Below, piece after piece: positions 38,701-52,800 of a DNA stretch of 64,000 nucleotides. Origin of the DNA: Ostrea edulis (taxonomy: Eukaryota); the NCBI RefSeq assembly GCF_947568905.1, contig NC_079169.1, forward strand, positions 53,630,001 to 53,694,000, read 5' to 3'. The translations under genes were made by a program, and so were the position numbers. Positions within the stretch are counted from its first letter, which is position 1. Each line of letters opens with the position of its first letter. The notes under the pieces were generated by a model. The model ran no database searches. It saw only the letters and a program-made list of their open reading frames with translations, and was not told where the DNA came from.

Positions 38701-39721
38701 GGTACAAATTAAAATGGCTACCTTCATCGCATTACATTAAACAAATTTATACCAATAATTGAATATTGACCCCTTATATGTTAAAAGGTATTATGTTCTT
38801 ACACACCAGTTCAACCGAACATAAATTATTTATAAAATAAAACAAACACCTGTATATAGGATGAGCTTGCCTACGTGAGTGCAACAGGCTTTAATCAACA
38901 ATGCACGTACAGTGTATATACAACATAAATCAAAATCTTAAATTTGATTCGACAAAAGTAAAGACGTCATATAAACCAACAATTCTTAAGCTAAACTGTA
39001 TGCATCAATACTGAGGGAAAGGGGTGTGTGTGTGTAATATGTTGCTTATTCAACCTATTCACCCGTAAACACATCTTAATAGCCAATCGATCTACCGATA
39101 CCGAAAACACTCACCCGAATTCAAAACAAACACGTTTTCCCCAGTAACTTTTATACATATATGTACTTTTCAAAGTCCTGCATTAAATCATGAATACATT
39201 GACAAACTAATAATGCATTTTAATTATCGTTAAACAGACTTTTGATTTGAAGGTATATAAATTAATTTCCAGAAAATCTTTTAAGGACTTCGCGAAAGTG
39301 AATTTAAAGTCTATATACAAATGTCTTCATTATAAAATATTGAGAATGGATAGCATACAACATAAAAACCCTCTTTAATCAAATGGCAGATTACACCGGC
39401 ACAAAATCAGTAAAAGAAAATGGTTTTGAATTCGTGATTTAAAAATTCGTCCTTCATAAGAAACATCAAAACTGAGGTCATTTTATGAAAAATTACACGA
39501 TTATCAAACTGTAATGTACTCACTTGCAATAAGAAAGTTATTTACCAAAAATTTTCGTACTTACATATAATTCACATTTATAAATAAAACTCCATAGCGA
39601 CGTCTGAAGTTATACAAGTCTAATTTGAAGAGTTAATGGTGATATTGACCAATATGAGAGAAAAGGGGTTAATTCGACCTTGACAAAAATGTTAAACTCT
39701 GCATTTCAGCTTTGAAGATTA

Positions 39722-39852
39722 AAAAGTGAAGATAACGAACAATGATAAATCTCATAATTCCTATAAAGAATACAAAATTAAGAGAAGGGCACAAACGGAC
39801 CCCTGGATCTACCAGAGGGGGGATCAGGTTCCTAGGAGGGGTAAGCATCCCC
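39722..39852 (-). mobile_element. 3' fragment of the Penelope-like element
   Basis: AAGATAACGAACA.TGAT.AATCTCATAA...GGACCCCTGGA..TACCAGAGG...AAGCATCCCC. An older RT-end fragment lies at about 40380-40590. Confidence 0.7.
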
Positions 39853-40814
39853 TAGATCTGATGTCTAGAGTCCAGTGCACTTAACATGTATTCCCTCGCG
39901 GCCCGAAGCGCGGTGCTGGGACCTTGTTACCTGTACATTGCACCTAGTGACACTTTTGGTGTTTCCGCTTTGTTCTGTTTGTGTGATTAATAAGATTAAT
40001 TACTGTTCGTTATCCTAACCTTTTCTTATTAAACAAGTATGTGTGTTTTACTTAATGATATTTTAGGAGACCTACTAATGACTTGTTATTTTGCAGAAGG
40101 TTTAATACTTAATACCTCCTCCGTGACTTGTCATCATCTGCCATGCCCCCTTTAATACATTATACAATACTAAAACTATAGATTTACTAATCGCGTGTTA
40201 AACTTGTGTACTGAAATTATCCCATATTATTTGCTCTGAGTGACGGAGGGCCAGATGAGTTCTGGCCAATACAGTCCTAGACCAATGATTATTCCTTTAC
40301 CAGGTGACCAGCTTCAAAAGAGACTATCATAATTCTTTCTAATGAAACATCCAATACCATGGTCAGTCAAAGAATTGTCATCCACTGAAGACAAAAACGG
40401 AGTAAGTCGTAGTAAAAATCAGTATGTTCAACATCTTACTGGTATGAAACACGTCAGATAGCATTCGGCCTAATGACATACTGTATTTGTAAATTAGATC
40501 ATTATAACTACCATAGAATTTGCGAAAATTCTTACTCTAAACGATACCGTTGAAACCCCTGTAACATCAACCCACCTGTCAGTAGCCTAAACCTGTTCAC
40601 AAATCTGATCATATATTTTAATATTCAAATGGGAAATTATAATTAACCCTTTGATGATAAATACTTTAATGATATAGATATTGAAAATAAAGTTGTGGCG
40701 GTCTACTTAAATTCTGGTGTCATTTAAGGTATGATGTATTCTTAATTGTAAATCGGATGTAATGACAGTCAAAACATTGTATAAAACCACTTCTTGTACT
40801 TTCTTTTTTCAGCG

Positions 40815-43800
40815 ATGACGGGACGGATCTTGGTTTTCCTATTGGTGATTACGGAGCTTCAGGGTCAGAATCTAGACTCGGTGGTCCGCGATGCCGTTGA
40901 TGCTGAATTTAACAGGGGTGGTACAATCAGCACTCGGGGTATCACGGGTGGTAGGATTAGACCCATCGGCGGCAGGACTAGCTCACAGCTGATTCCCACA
41001 GGTAAATCATGATTGTGATAGTCGCACCTTGTATCGGTTAATTCATGATTGTGATAGTCGCACCTTGTATCGGGTAAATCATGATTGTGATAGTCGCACC
41101 TTGCATCGGTTAATTCATGATTGTGATAGTCGCACCTTGTATCGGGTAAATCATGATTGTGATAGTCGCACCTTACATCGGTTAAATCATGATTGTGATT
41201 ATTAGAATCCTTCATTAGTACGAGTGTGGGATAGGGAAGTTCCACCGAGGGGACAAGATTCGCAGTCTAGGATGAGGCTTTGCCGAGTCCTAGACAGCGA
41301 ATCTTGTTCCAGAGGTGGAATTTCCCTATCCCATACGAATAAATAATGAAGGATTATTTTTCTCACATTTTACCTAAAGTTTAGTGCATAAATTTAGGAG
41401 CTTTGAGAAAATTCTAAATCATCATAATCCTCATTTGAACTTCGATGCAAAAACTAATTAGATAAGCAGAAGGAACATACCATTTACACTAAAAACTATA
41501 AACAAAAAACAAAAAAAACCGCAAGGTTGTCCACCAGAAAGCTATACTACACTAAAATTTAAAGATAACAATGCAAAATATATTTACTTCACCTTGAAAC
41601 GTAAATCTTCACCGTGTAACGCAAATCATAGAAAATATATGACGTCACAATCAAATGACGTCGCAGCAGTGCGAGACAGAAAAATCTCACTTGGTTGTCT
41701 CACATGGGTAAAGTCGATCTCACTCTGGTGATAATGTGAGAAAGTCGCACCTTGCATCGGTTAATTCATGATTGTGATAGTTGCACCTTGTATTGGGTAA
41801 ATCATAATTGTGATAATCGCACCTTGCATCGGTTAAACCATGATTGTGATAGTCGCACCTTGCATCGGTTAATTCATGATTGTGATAGTCGCACCTTGTA
41901 TCGGGTAAATCATGATTGTGATAGTCACACCTTGTATCGGGTAAATCATGATTGTGATAGTTGCACCTTATATCGGCTAAATCATGATTGTGATAGTTGC
42001 ACCTTATATCGGCTAAATCATGAATCATTGTCACAGTCGCACACCTTATATTGGTTCTTAATTCATATTCTATGAAAATTCCTAGATTATTCCCCCCCCC
42101 TTTTTTTTCTTTTAACTCTTTAGAGGTATGATTTTTGTACTTTTTGTTTTTCGTGTACATCCTTATATGAGAGACCTATCACTGCTAACGAGTAACTCTC
42201 TGGTTTTATGGTTTGTTTTTCGTTTGTTTGTTTTTGTATTTTTATTTTAAAAGTCGGTTACCTCCCATGGTAATTACTCGCATAAAAGCAAAAAATAAAA
42301 TATATAAAAAATAAACCTAGACAGTTATTCCCTAACTAGAGGCACCCATAACACTAAGCATTTGTTCATCAGTTGAAACAATTTATTATCAATCATGTTA
42401 AGAAAAAAAAAATGAGAATAGTGTATTCAATAACGGAATTCCACGAGCAGAATTAAATATATCTACGCGACGTGATAAAATCTACAGTATCGAATTTGTT
42501 TTATACCAAGATAATTTTGAAAATGACAAAAATATTTGTAGCTGTTATATTATAGTTTGTTTATCGAGCAGAACCATGTGAACATTATTTACTTCTTTTT
42601 ATTTCATAAACACGTTCACACTGTAATATTCTATACCAGTCTAAAGAATATAAGTATTTTCACGCCATTTTAACCATATATACACCGTTAGTGGTATATA
42701 TCTGTATACCATCTTGTAGTTCATGCCCGTTTGGCAGTGACGTAATAGAAGAATGATGCTCTTCAATGACGTATAATACAGGAGCGGATCCAGGAATTTT
42801 GGAGGAGGGTCTACCATTCCTTTAGATTTTCAAGGGGGGGGGGGGGGGGGGTTCCACCCTCAAAATGCATTATTTTCACCTTTTCTTAATCAACATTTTC
42901 TGACGAAAGAGGGGGTGGGGTGGGGTTCGGATCCACCACTGTAATACAAGCGTTATCTGACGTACTTTATCCACAAAATCGACAATATCACGTAAATTTG
43001 GTTATTAACTCCAATCTTTTGTTACCCGGTCACGGTAGGTAAAGCGTTCGCTTTGTAACCAGGAGGTGGTGAGTTCGAGCCCTGGCCGCGTCAAACCTAA
43101 GACGTAAACACGGGTAGTGATTGCTTCTTCGCTAAATGCTCTGTGTTTAGAGATGAGATTCAGTTTCGAATATGACATTGCAAATGGAGATCCCATGTCA
43201 CGGCATGCATTGGCACGTTAAAGAACCCTCACTGCAACGGCCCTGAACGCTAAGCATAGGTCTAAATTTGTGGTACTTCACCCACAGCTGGTGACGTCTC
43301 AACATGAGTGAAAAATTCTAAAAGGGACGTAAAACAAACAACCAATCTTTTATTTCAGCACTTGTTTGTTTTAAACCCCTTCGAGAATTTCATGCATACA
43401 ATATTATATACATCAATGTACATAAACACGTACATACAAACAAGACTAACAAAGCATATGTACCTCAATATACATACGTACACATATACATACATAAATA
43501 ATTAAACATACATTCACATAAATACACAATATTACATACAATGACATGTATCGTAATACATACGTTAACATAAATACAAAATAATATATGTATGGTCACT
43601 TCTAAACTTAAATACAGTTCAAGGACTACATTAGTTACATATATTGTTATGTAGAGGTAACCGGAAGTACTACAGATATGCCACGCGGAAGTGGATCCGG
43701 AGCGATAAATGCCCTCAACAGTTTCTCTCAGAACAACGCTCCAGAAATGAATAGGATGTTGGACGACAGATCATTCCGGGCTTCTACAGCTGCTCGGAAC

Positions 43801-46800
43801 ATTGCCTCGAGGTATGTAGTAACTTCCGGGGGGAAAATTAAATCCACCATTACAAAAGACACTATCAAATCCGATGACAAAACTTTTTTTTTTTTTTGCA
43901 TGTATATCCACGTATACGTCTCTTTTTGATTTAGCTGCAGAACTGTAACTCTCTGAAACAAGAGGCCCAAAGGCCTTATCCGTCACCTGGGTACTAGTTT
44001 AAAGTATCACTATGGAATCTAGAGAAAAAAAATCCATTTCTGAATATCTAAGCTATATTTTAATGTTCAGCAACAGCATAAAACAAGAACTCATGCATTT
44101 ATTTTTTCTTACACATCTGCGGTTCTAGAAAAGATTTTTTGAAAATTGGTCAATTTTTGGCAGATTTTGCTCCGCTCCTAAAGCCCAGGGATGCAGGAAT
44201 CCTGAGATTTACAATTTATGTCCCCCGTATCCCAAATATGCTTCATACTAAATTTGAGAGAATTTGGAATAGTAGTTATTAAGAAGTTAAAAATGTTCAA
44301 TTGTTAACGCACGACGACAACTAATTGCAATACATGTAGGTCACTTGAGTTTACTCAGGTGACCTAAAATACTGGGACAGATCAGAGAGTTACAGATCCA
44401 CTCTTTATAAAAACCTTCTATTTACGGCTCATATCGTTGTATTCTTGTATTGCCGTATCATGAATTTAATATAAACAAAATTCCTATCATAGATGTATAT
44501 TCTTACTATACTTCTGTCCAAATACATATGTACCTTCAAATATTCATTAAAGCCACATACGACCTGAAAACTCGCAGCTTTAAATGATTTCGTTCGTTGA
44601 CGAAATTAACTTTAATGAATCATTTAATAAAATTTTGGTGTACACTACCTTAAATCAGGCGTGTTTCGTTCAGTGAATGTTTCTGGTCAAGACGTCCACT
44701 ATTTGCATAACACACTGACAAAGGCATATTAGTTGCGGTTGCTCAGTGGTAGAGCGTTCGTTTTGAAACTGAGAGGTGGTGAGTTCGAGCTCCGCTCGTA
44801 CCATTGCCGCGTCAAACCTAAGACGTTAAAATATGTAGTGATTGCTCCTTCGCCAAACGCTTGGCATTTAAAAGTGAGAATCACGGGTCTTTCGAATATG
44901 ATCTTAAAAACGGGGATTCCGTGTCGTGGCCGGCATTGGCACGATAAAGAACCCTCACTGATACGGCACTGAGTGCTAAGCATAGATCTAAATGTGGTAC
45001 TTCAACTACAGCTGGTGGCGTCTCAATATGAGTGAAAAATTCTCAACAGGACGCAAAACAATAAATCGTAGCAACATCTCTGCATTTAGAAGTGAGATTC
45101 AGGGGTCTTTCGGATATGACGCTGAAACATAGGCCCCGTGCCGTGACAGGCGTTGGAACGTTAAAGAACCCTCCATGCCACGGCCTAAATGTATGGTATT
45201 CCACCTACAGCTGATGGTGTCACAATATGAGTGAACGTAATTGGGGGCGTTTCCTGGGGGAGATATTTCTATAGATGAGAGTTTGTCATGCATTCATTTT
45301 TCCTTTTCTCTTTGAAACGTCTCACAGTCAGTGTTGATTAATCAGAAGTATGATTGTCGGTGTTGATTAATCAGAAGTATGATTGTCGGTGTTGATTAAT
45401 CAGAAGTATGATTGTCAGTGTTGTTTAATCAGAAGTATGATTGTCGGTGTTGTTTAATCAGAAGTATGATTGTCGGTGTTGTTTAATCAGAAGTATGATT
45501 GTCGGTGTTGTTTAATCAGAAGTATGATTGTCGGTGTTGTTTAATCAGAAGTATGATTGTCGGTGTTGTTTAATCAGAAGTATGATTGTCGGTGTTGTTT
45601 AATCAGAAGTATGATTGTCGGTGTTGTTTAATCAGAAGTATGATTGTCGGTGTTGTTTAATCAGAAGTATGATTGTCGGTGTTGTTTAATCAGAAGTATG
45701 ATTGTCGGTGTTGATTAATCAGAAGTATGATTGTCAATGTTGTTTAATCAGAAGTATGATTGTCGGTGTTGTTTAATCAGAAGTATGATTGCTGTTGTTG
45801 TGTAGCCCATCTCTAGCTTCCCGGACTAACAGCACCGCAGCCTTCAGGAGAGTCGTCTCCGACCAGCAGATCATGAACAGCTTTCAGAGGGCCATGGCGC
45901 CCTTCTGTTATGAAATTCCTATCTGTGACCCCCAGGACCCCTACAGGACGGCGGACGGATCCTGTAACAACCTGTATGATACCCTCCTTGGGAAATCCTT
46001 CACTCCACAGGCACGGATCATTCAAAACGCTTATGATAACTGTAAGTTGAATGTGAATTTTACGTCAAACAAGAGACGCATAGGTCACAACGCTCACATG
46101 AGGATTTGGTTAACAGTTTAGAATTCAAACCTTGTATTCCTCCAATCCTATCGGTTTCTTTTAACTGAATTTGAATTATATTAGGATGCGTGTATTAATT
46201 TGCCAAAAATTACCTTTGTAGTCCCTGAGGAAAAAAGTTACCGCATGTTCTTATGCTAAACCGCTGTTGTGACCAAGTGCCGGCCTTTGTGTCCGGAGAT
46301 TGTTTTAATATATAAAGGCAGCATGTATCCTCGTGCATCACGAGAAAACGATTCTTAAACTCAACATCTGGCCCAATGCCGGCTGTGGAAGTCATGGTTG
46401 AAACAAACCTTGAATGTATACTACATGAGGCTGTTTGCACATTGATGTAAATTAGTGTGGAATTGTGATTCTTCAAAGATTATAGAATAATTTCCATATT
46501 TATCATTATATCAAACTTTAAGCTCCTGATTTGGGCCCGCCTTGACATTTATGGTTTGAACAAACTTGAATTTTTAGTATATCATGATTCTTGCACATTG
46601 AGATTGTTGATCAGAATATTCCCTGCTGTATATTTAGAATTTTAAAAAATTAAACCGCGATTGTGGCCCAACCCTGACCCCGGGTGTCATGGTTGAACAG
46701 ATTTCTACAAATTGTGTTTTTCTGGTCGATTGGTTCTTACAAAGAAACATCTCACACCCTTGTCACTACATGTATGTCCCAATTATGTTCTCGTGGGAAG

Positions 46801-49800
46801 AGGGACGATCCTTTATTTGTACGATCTTGACTCGTGGCATATTTGGTTGAAATTGTTCAAATAATTCTGAAGAATCCGAAAATATCAGTAGATAACGGAC
46901 ATACTTTGCCCAGAAAGTAATACGAGTTTCAGTTCATGTGACGTAATTATCGCTATGCAATCGTCCTTTTCTGATAGAAGTTATTGCTTATATTTCACTT
47001 TATTCACACATACAGAAAATAAAATGATAACACATTGTATTGTAGTTATTGACGCTCCGCGGACACTGACTAGTGACAGACAGGCTTTCCTGCCCAGTGC
47101 CCGGGCAGTGAGTAACGCCTTGTTGTCCGGGTCTACACCAACAAGTTCTAGATTCTCAATCTTCCTAACCCACCACGGACAATTCATCGATCATGACGTC
47201 ATATCCACCCCCTCCATGACAGGTAAATCCACCCTTCAACAATAGGGATCCTCAAAGTATTATCTCAACTCCCTCAAAAACAGATAAGGTTATGTTTGAA
47301 ACCACAATGAAAACTGAGGCGTCATTCATCATCGTTTAAGTCACAATAGAGATCAGTTTTAATTCGTCAACTGGAGTCTGTAACTAAATAAAACCTCAGG
47401 TTAACATTTCTGTCAATCAACTGACAAGTAGGTCATCTATAAAATGGGAGATCATCTTTAGATCTTTGCAACAACAAAGACATATATATTATGTTATAAC
47501 AAGGTCATTCATACGAAGGTCGTCAGTCTATCAACAGTCGTGAAGTGATTACGCATGTTGCTCTTAAAAACGCAGACATGTTGGTATGCACGGAACGTCA
47601 CATTAACATATACGAGGGTTGTTCGATATGTAATGTGTATTGTACGAAATCTCAAAAGCATTCGACTCAAATAGTGAAATGAACTTTACATCCCTTCAAA
47701 ATATTCTCTGCGGTTTGAAATACATAATTTCAATCTCTGAATCCATTTCTGAAATGCGTCACGGTACGCTGATTTAGGTAGGTCTTTGAGGCACTGACTG
47801 ATGGCTGAGCCAAGGGCTTGTCGGAAATTGTAACGACAACCAGATAAGAACATTAATAAGTTTTGGAAAAAGGAAAAAGTTGCATGGGGCTAGATCTGAA
47901 GAGTATGGTGGGTGTGGCAAGACGGTAACCTTCTCCGACTTCAATAATTGCTTCACAAGCTCAGATGTATGTGATGGAGCTTTATCATGAAGTAGACGAA
48001 CATGCCTAAATCCTGATACAGGGTGTCGTTTATGATAATATTTCTTGAGCTTTTTTAGTATAACATCTCGGTAATACCGACCTGTAACGCCCCTCGCCAC
48101 CGGAATTTGTACGGCTATACATTACATGAGAATAATATGCATTAAAGAACCTTCTTTGTGCTTATGGTTCTTTTGGCAACTACAAGCTTTCTTCTGTGTT
48201 TAGTTAACCATATTTTGTTTCCATTTTTTTTTTACTGGTTCGAAATAGTGAACCTATGTTTCGCCACCAGTAACAATATTGTCTCCGATTGAATTTGGGA
48301 AACATTTTGAGCAATTGCTTAGCGGTTTGTACTCGTACTCGATTTTGGTCATCTGTCAATATATGCGGTATCCATCTGGCTGAAATCTTTCGTACTTTCC
48401 AAATACGCTTCAAAATGAAATGCACCAGCGATAGCGATATGCCAACAGCTTTTGCAATATCGTGTATCTGCCGTCACTTTCAATTATTTCCCTGATTTTT
48501 GAGACTTTCTGTTTGGTGTTCCATAGGTATGAACCTTTGATTTTGGAAATCTCCTAGTTTCCATTAAACTACTAGCATTGAGAAAATTATTCTCTCATGT
48601 ATGACATATTCTGGTATAAAGTAGCTTTTTTATGCAACGATCCGGCCTATAAGAAGCACATTCAAGGAGGGAAGGGTAGCAGTGGAAAAAGGGAGGGGCA
48701 TTCAATGACAAATTTTCACCCATTTTTTTAACTGAATAAAATAAAATTTGCCCATCCATGCCCATGTCTTCAGACCTGACTATATAGGCACAACTTTGTT
48801 GTTTTGTTACAGAGGGAAATCCTGCGAGGAGCATAACAGATTGCTGCAATCCTTCAGTGAGGTAAGTGATTAGTATATAATAATATCTAAATAAGAAACG
48901 GCATAAAAGATTTGCAGCATACTAGATCACCTGTGGCATTATCATTACAAGCATGCATGCTAGTGACAGTTTTACCATGATAACTGATTGCAATTATAGT
49001 TGACATAATGAAATGATTAGAATTTCAGAACTTTCTGTATAATTATAAGTAATTTCAAAAACCGTACCGTTTAGTGGCAATTAACATTATTATTCATGGA
49101 CTGCTGGAGTAGGGAATCATTGAGAAGATCACACAGTGAAAATACATTATAACTTTATAAATATGTCTTTATGGCTCATAAAAATGAGACTTTGTCATGG
49201 CTATAGAAATGCTATTTACTCCTGAACATCTACAATGTACCTCAAACTTTACACAGATGTTGCTTATGACCGGATATTGTGTCATGGTCCTGAATCAAGG
49301 TGAAGGTCACCAGTATGTTTTGTGGGTCCATTTCTAAGTACTATTTTATGTTATACTATTTATTTAGTAGCTGCTAGATATCAGTGGCTCATATTTGTCA
49401 CAAAAATAAATCATGATTAGTGTCACAAGAATTAAATATTTTTTTCATCTAGTTCTCAAGAGTTTTATAGGTGCACACTCGCACCTTCTCAGAACGCATC
49501 TAATCTATGTTCTAGTTTTATAGGTGCACACTCGCACCTTCTCAGAACGCATCTAATCTATGTTCTAGTTTTATAGGTGCACACTCGCACCTTCTCAGAA
49601 CGCATCTAATCTGTTCTACTTTGTGTCATACTGAGGTGGCCGTTTAAAGACCATGGACCTCTTGCTTTATTTTACGTCATGTCTAGTCTGATTAGTTTCT
49701 AATTCTAACGAGGAGAAAGGGTTTAATATTACAGACGAACTTTGATATTGTCGTGCATGCATTTGCCATAGCTAAGATGTATCATAGTACTGGTAGTCTC

Positions 49801-52800
49801 GCTTTCCCCAGACTCTCAAGACTTCGCACGAACGAGTCTGAAACGATTCCCCTTTTATTTTTGTACCCAGAAGAGGGTGCTAATTTAATTAATTTTCATA
49901 TTTGTAAACAGACTTGTACAGTTTCCTCTAACTTCTGTTCAGCAATCTCTTGCAGGTATGTCTCTATCAGCCAATCAGAATCGATACCGATTTCTCGTTA
50001 AGTCTCGACATGAAATCACAGAAATAAACAACCAGTACCAGACTCTCGCTCGTGCAAAATCTCGAGATCGAAAGTTTGGAGAAAGCGAGACTATACTGGT
50101 GATATTCTAGCGTCTAGTGTATCTATCCCTCCGTGATGGATGCGAGAATGAACATAATTAACTTTAACCAATAATATGATTAAGATTTATTTAATTACAA
50201 CCGTTACAATTTTTGAAAAGTTATGGATAATAAAATAATATATTTCTTAAAGTCAAATCAGATTTAATTTTGAATTTATAAAGTTCATAGAATAAATTTA
50301 TTTCGTAACTTTGAACCTAAAATCTGATAGTAATGAACTTCATATTTTTTAAAACTTACATGTAAGTAAAACATTATCCCGTCCACTGATAACAGCTATT
50401 GTTTGCATAAATGATATGGACCATTTCCAACGCAAAGCCAGTGAAGATTGCGTACGATATTATATTTGTTTATTTCGGGGTACAAAATTTACACAAAAAA
50501 GCAACTGTTCTGTTGAATAATCGAACATTTTAGAATGAATTTTTCAATTTGTTAGAATCACAATTGATAACCGGTAAATGAGTACATATATAACTACATG
50601 CACCACACATGTTAATAACTCATGTTTCATGGTGTGTCTTAATTTTTCAGTAAACATACTTTACATCAATTAGTCATATCAACGTGCGCGCCATCAGGGA
50701 AGCTTAATGTATTCCCGTTGCATGAAAAATACTAAACTCGAAACTCTCCTATGCACATGTGTTTGCCGCTCGATACTAACATCAAGCGGGAGAACAGACA
50801 AACACCTCTCTCTACCCCTTGAATTTCCACTGGCAAAATTGTAATATTGCTCGTATTCATGATAAAATATTTGGAATCCACGTTTATTTCTATTTCAGCA
50901 AGTCATAATCATGTGAGTGAATAACTTTGAATTGACCCCTTAAAATATAATATATTCAGTATATCATGGCACGATTTAACGTTGTACAAAAACTGTAGTT
51001 ACCTATTGGATTTCCGGAAGCCTAACTTGATAGTAAACTGTTCAAAATTTAATCAAAACTGCTATATAACCATTGATGGTGAGAATTTAAATTACCCATA
51101 CTATTCCATGAATGAAAAAAACCCAAAAAACATCACTGATCATGAATTTCCAAGGGGGTGGAACCTTTTTTTGGATATATAGATATAAAAATTGCATGCA
51201 AATTCATTTTTATATAAAATAATAGACTTCTCATTTGTGTGTGACATGGCTTTCGTGCACTCCGCTGACAACAAATAGAATAACTCTCTTTTTGTGTTAT
51301 ACAGAGATAAATATGCTTGCTTTACCATCCGGGTTCCGGATAACGACCCCTTTTTCCCGCCAGGACAGACGTGCATGAATATGGTTCGCCATGCTGCAGC
51401 TTTACCTCTGGGATGTACAAACGGTAAAAAGATTAAATCATTATTTGATAACTAATTCGATTAAATGTATAATTATTTCATTGGATGATAATGTCGCGAG
51501 ATGAAAATTTAGTCCCGTTTCCATGGGAACAAAGTTTGCTCCTCGAATGACTTAGATGAGATTGTCTTTATAATCCCGATTTCTTACAGGTGTACGTGAA
51601 CAACAAAACCAGCGTACCTCATTCATTGATGGTACAGCTATCTACGGCTTTAATAAAGAACGGGAGCTGTTGCTGCGACAGCGTAGTAAGGCCAGGTTTT
51701 TGTTTACATGACGATCTTTAGAAATAACTACTGTGTAATATCCAATATGATATACATTGCTTTGTAATATTTTAGTCTATCCAATGTGATACATTTGTTG
51801 GCTAAAAATACAATGCACAATAATTGTAAGGTGAGAGTAAAACTGAAAAGTGAAAATGACTAACAGTGACCAATCTCAGAATCTAACAAAGAAAAAATAT
51901 ATACTACGTAGATGAACATACGAGGGCGAGTCAATAAGTAACCAGCCTAGCTTATTTTCGGTTGAGATCCACCTCTTCTTTTTCGATGTAATTGCCCTCT
52001 AGTGTGATGCACTAAGACTAATGGTGTTCAAGTGCCATCAGCCCAGAAATGAAAAAGTCAGGGTCCTTTCCATTGACCCACTCCTCAACTGCCGTCACGA
52101 CTTCTTCGTCAGACCGGAAATGATTTCCACGGATATCCTTTTTCAAGTTTGGGAATAGGAAGAAGTCGCTAGGAGCTAGGTCAGACGAATAGGCAGGATG
52201 TAGTATTAATTCATACCCGTTTCGCTCTACAGCATCCATTGTAACTTTGCAAGTGTGGACTCTCGCGTTGTCCTGTTGCAGGAAAACACCTTTGGAGAGT
52301 TTACCACGGTGTTTTTCTTGGATGGCGGTTCTCAGCTGGTCTGACAAGTTTGCATAGTACACTCCAGTTATTGTACTTCTCTTGGGTAAAAAGTCAAACA
52401 TAATAACACCTTTTGGGTCCCAAAATACTGTGGCCATCACCTTGCCAGCAGATGATTGCGTCTTGAACGTCTCTGGCCTCGGGGACCCAGGCCCTACCCA
52501 CTGACGACTTTGAGCTTTACTCTATGGCTCATATTAATGTACCCAAGTCTCACCTACAGTTACCAGACGCATAAGAAAATCGTCTTTTGACCCAAAACGC
52601 TTCAACAAGGCGCTGCATACTGATGCTGTGGTTGCCATTTGCTCATCGCTAAGGGATTTGGGGACCCAATGGGCTGTTAGCTTGCGCATACCTAAACGAT
52701 CATATAAGATTGTTGAAACGTTACCATGTGCCTGTGCTCTTTCTTCCACCGAAATTCGCCTATCAGAGTATACCAGATCCCGAACTTTCTTTCACATTTC

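Noticed and set aside
40865-42160. His/Cys/Asp-rich minus-strand ORFs resembling metal-binding proteins
   Set aside because: Antisense reading of the 36-bp intronic array.
44730-44800. tRNA gene candidate
   Set aside because: The cloverleaf is imperfect and the sequence continues into a SINE body shared with 43020.
49460-49620. Hairpin AGGTGC-N6-GCACCT followed by CTAG, resembling Helitron 3' ends
   Set aside because: The hairpin-to-CTAG spacing (about 25 nt) is longer than typical and no 5' TC end is seen; kept as a plain tandem repeat.
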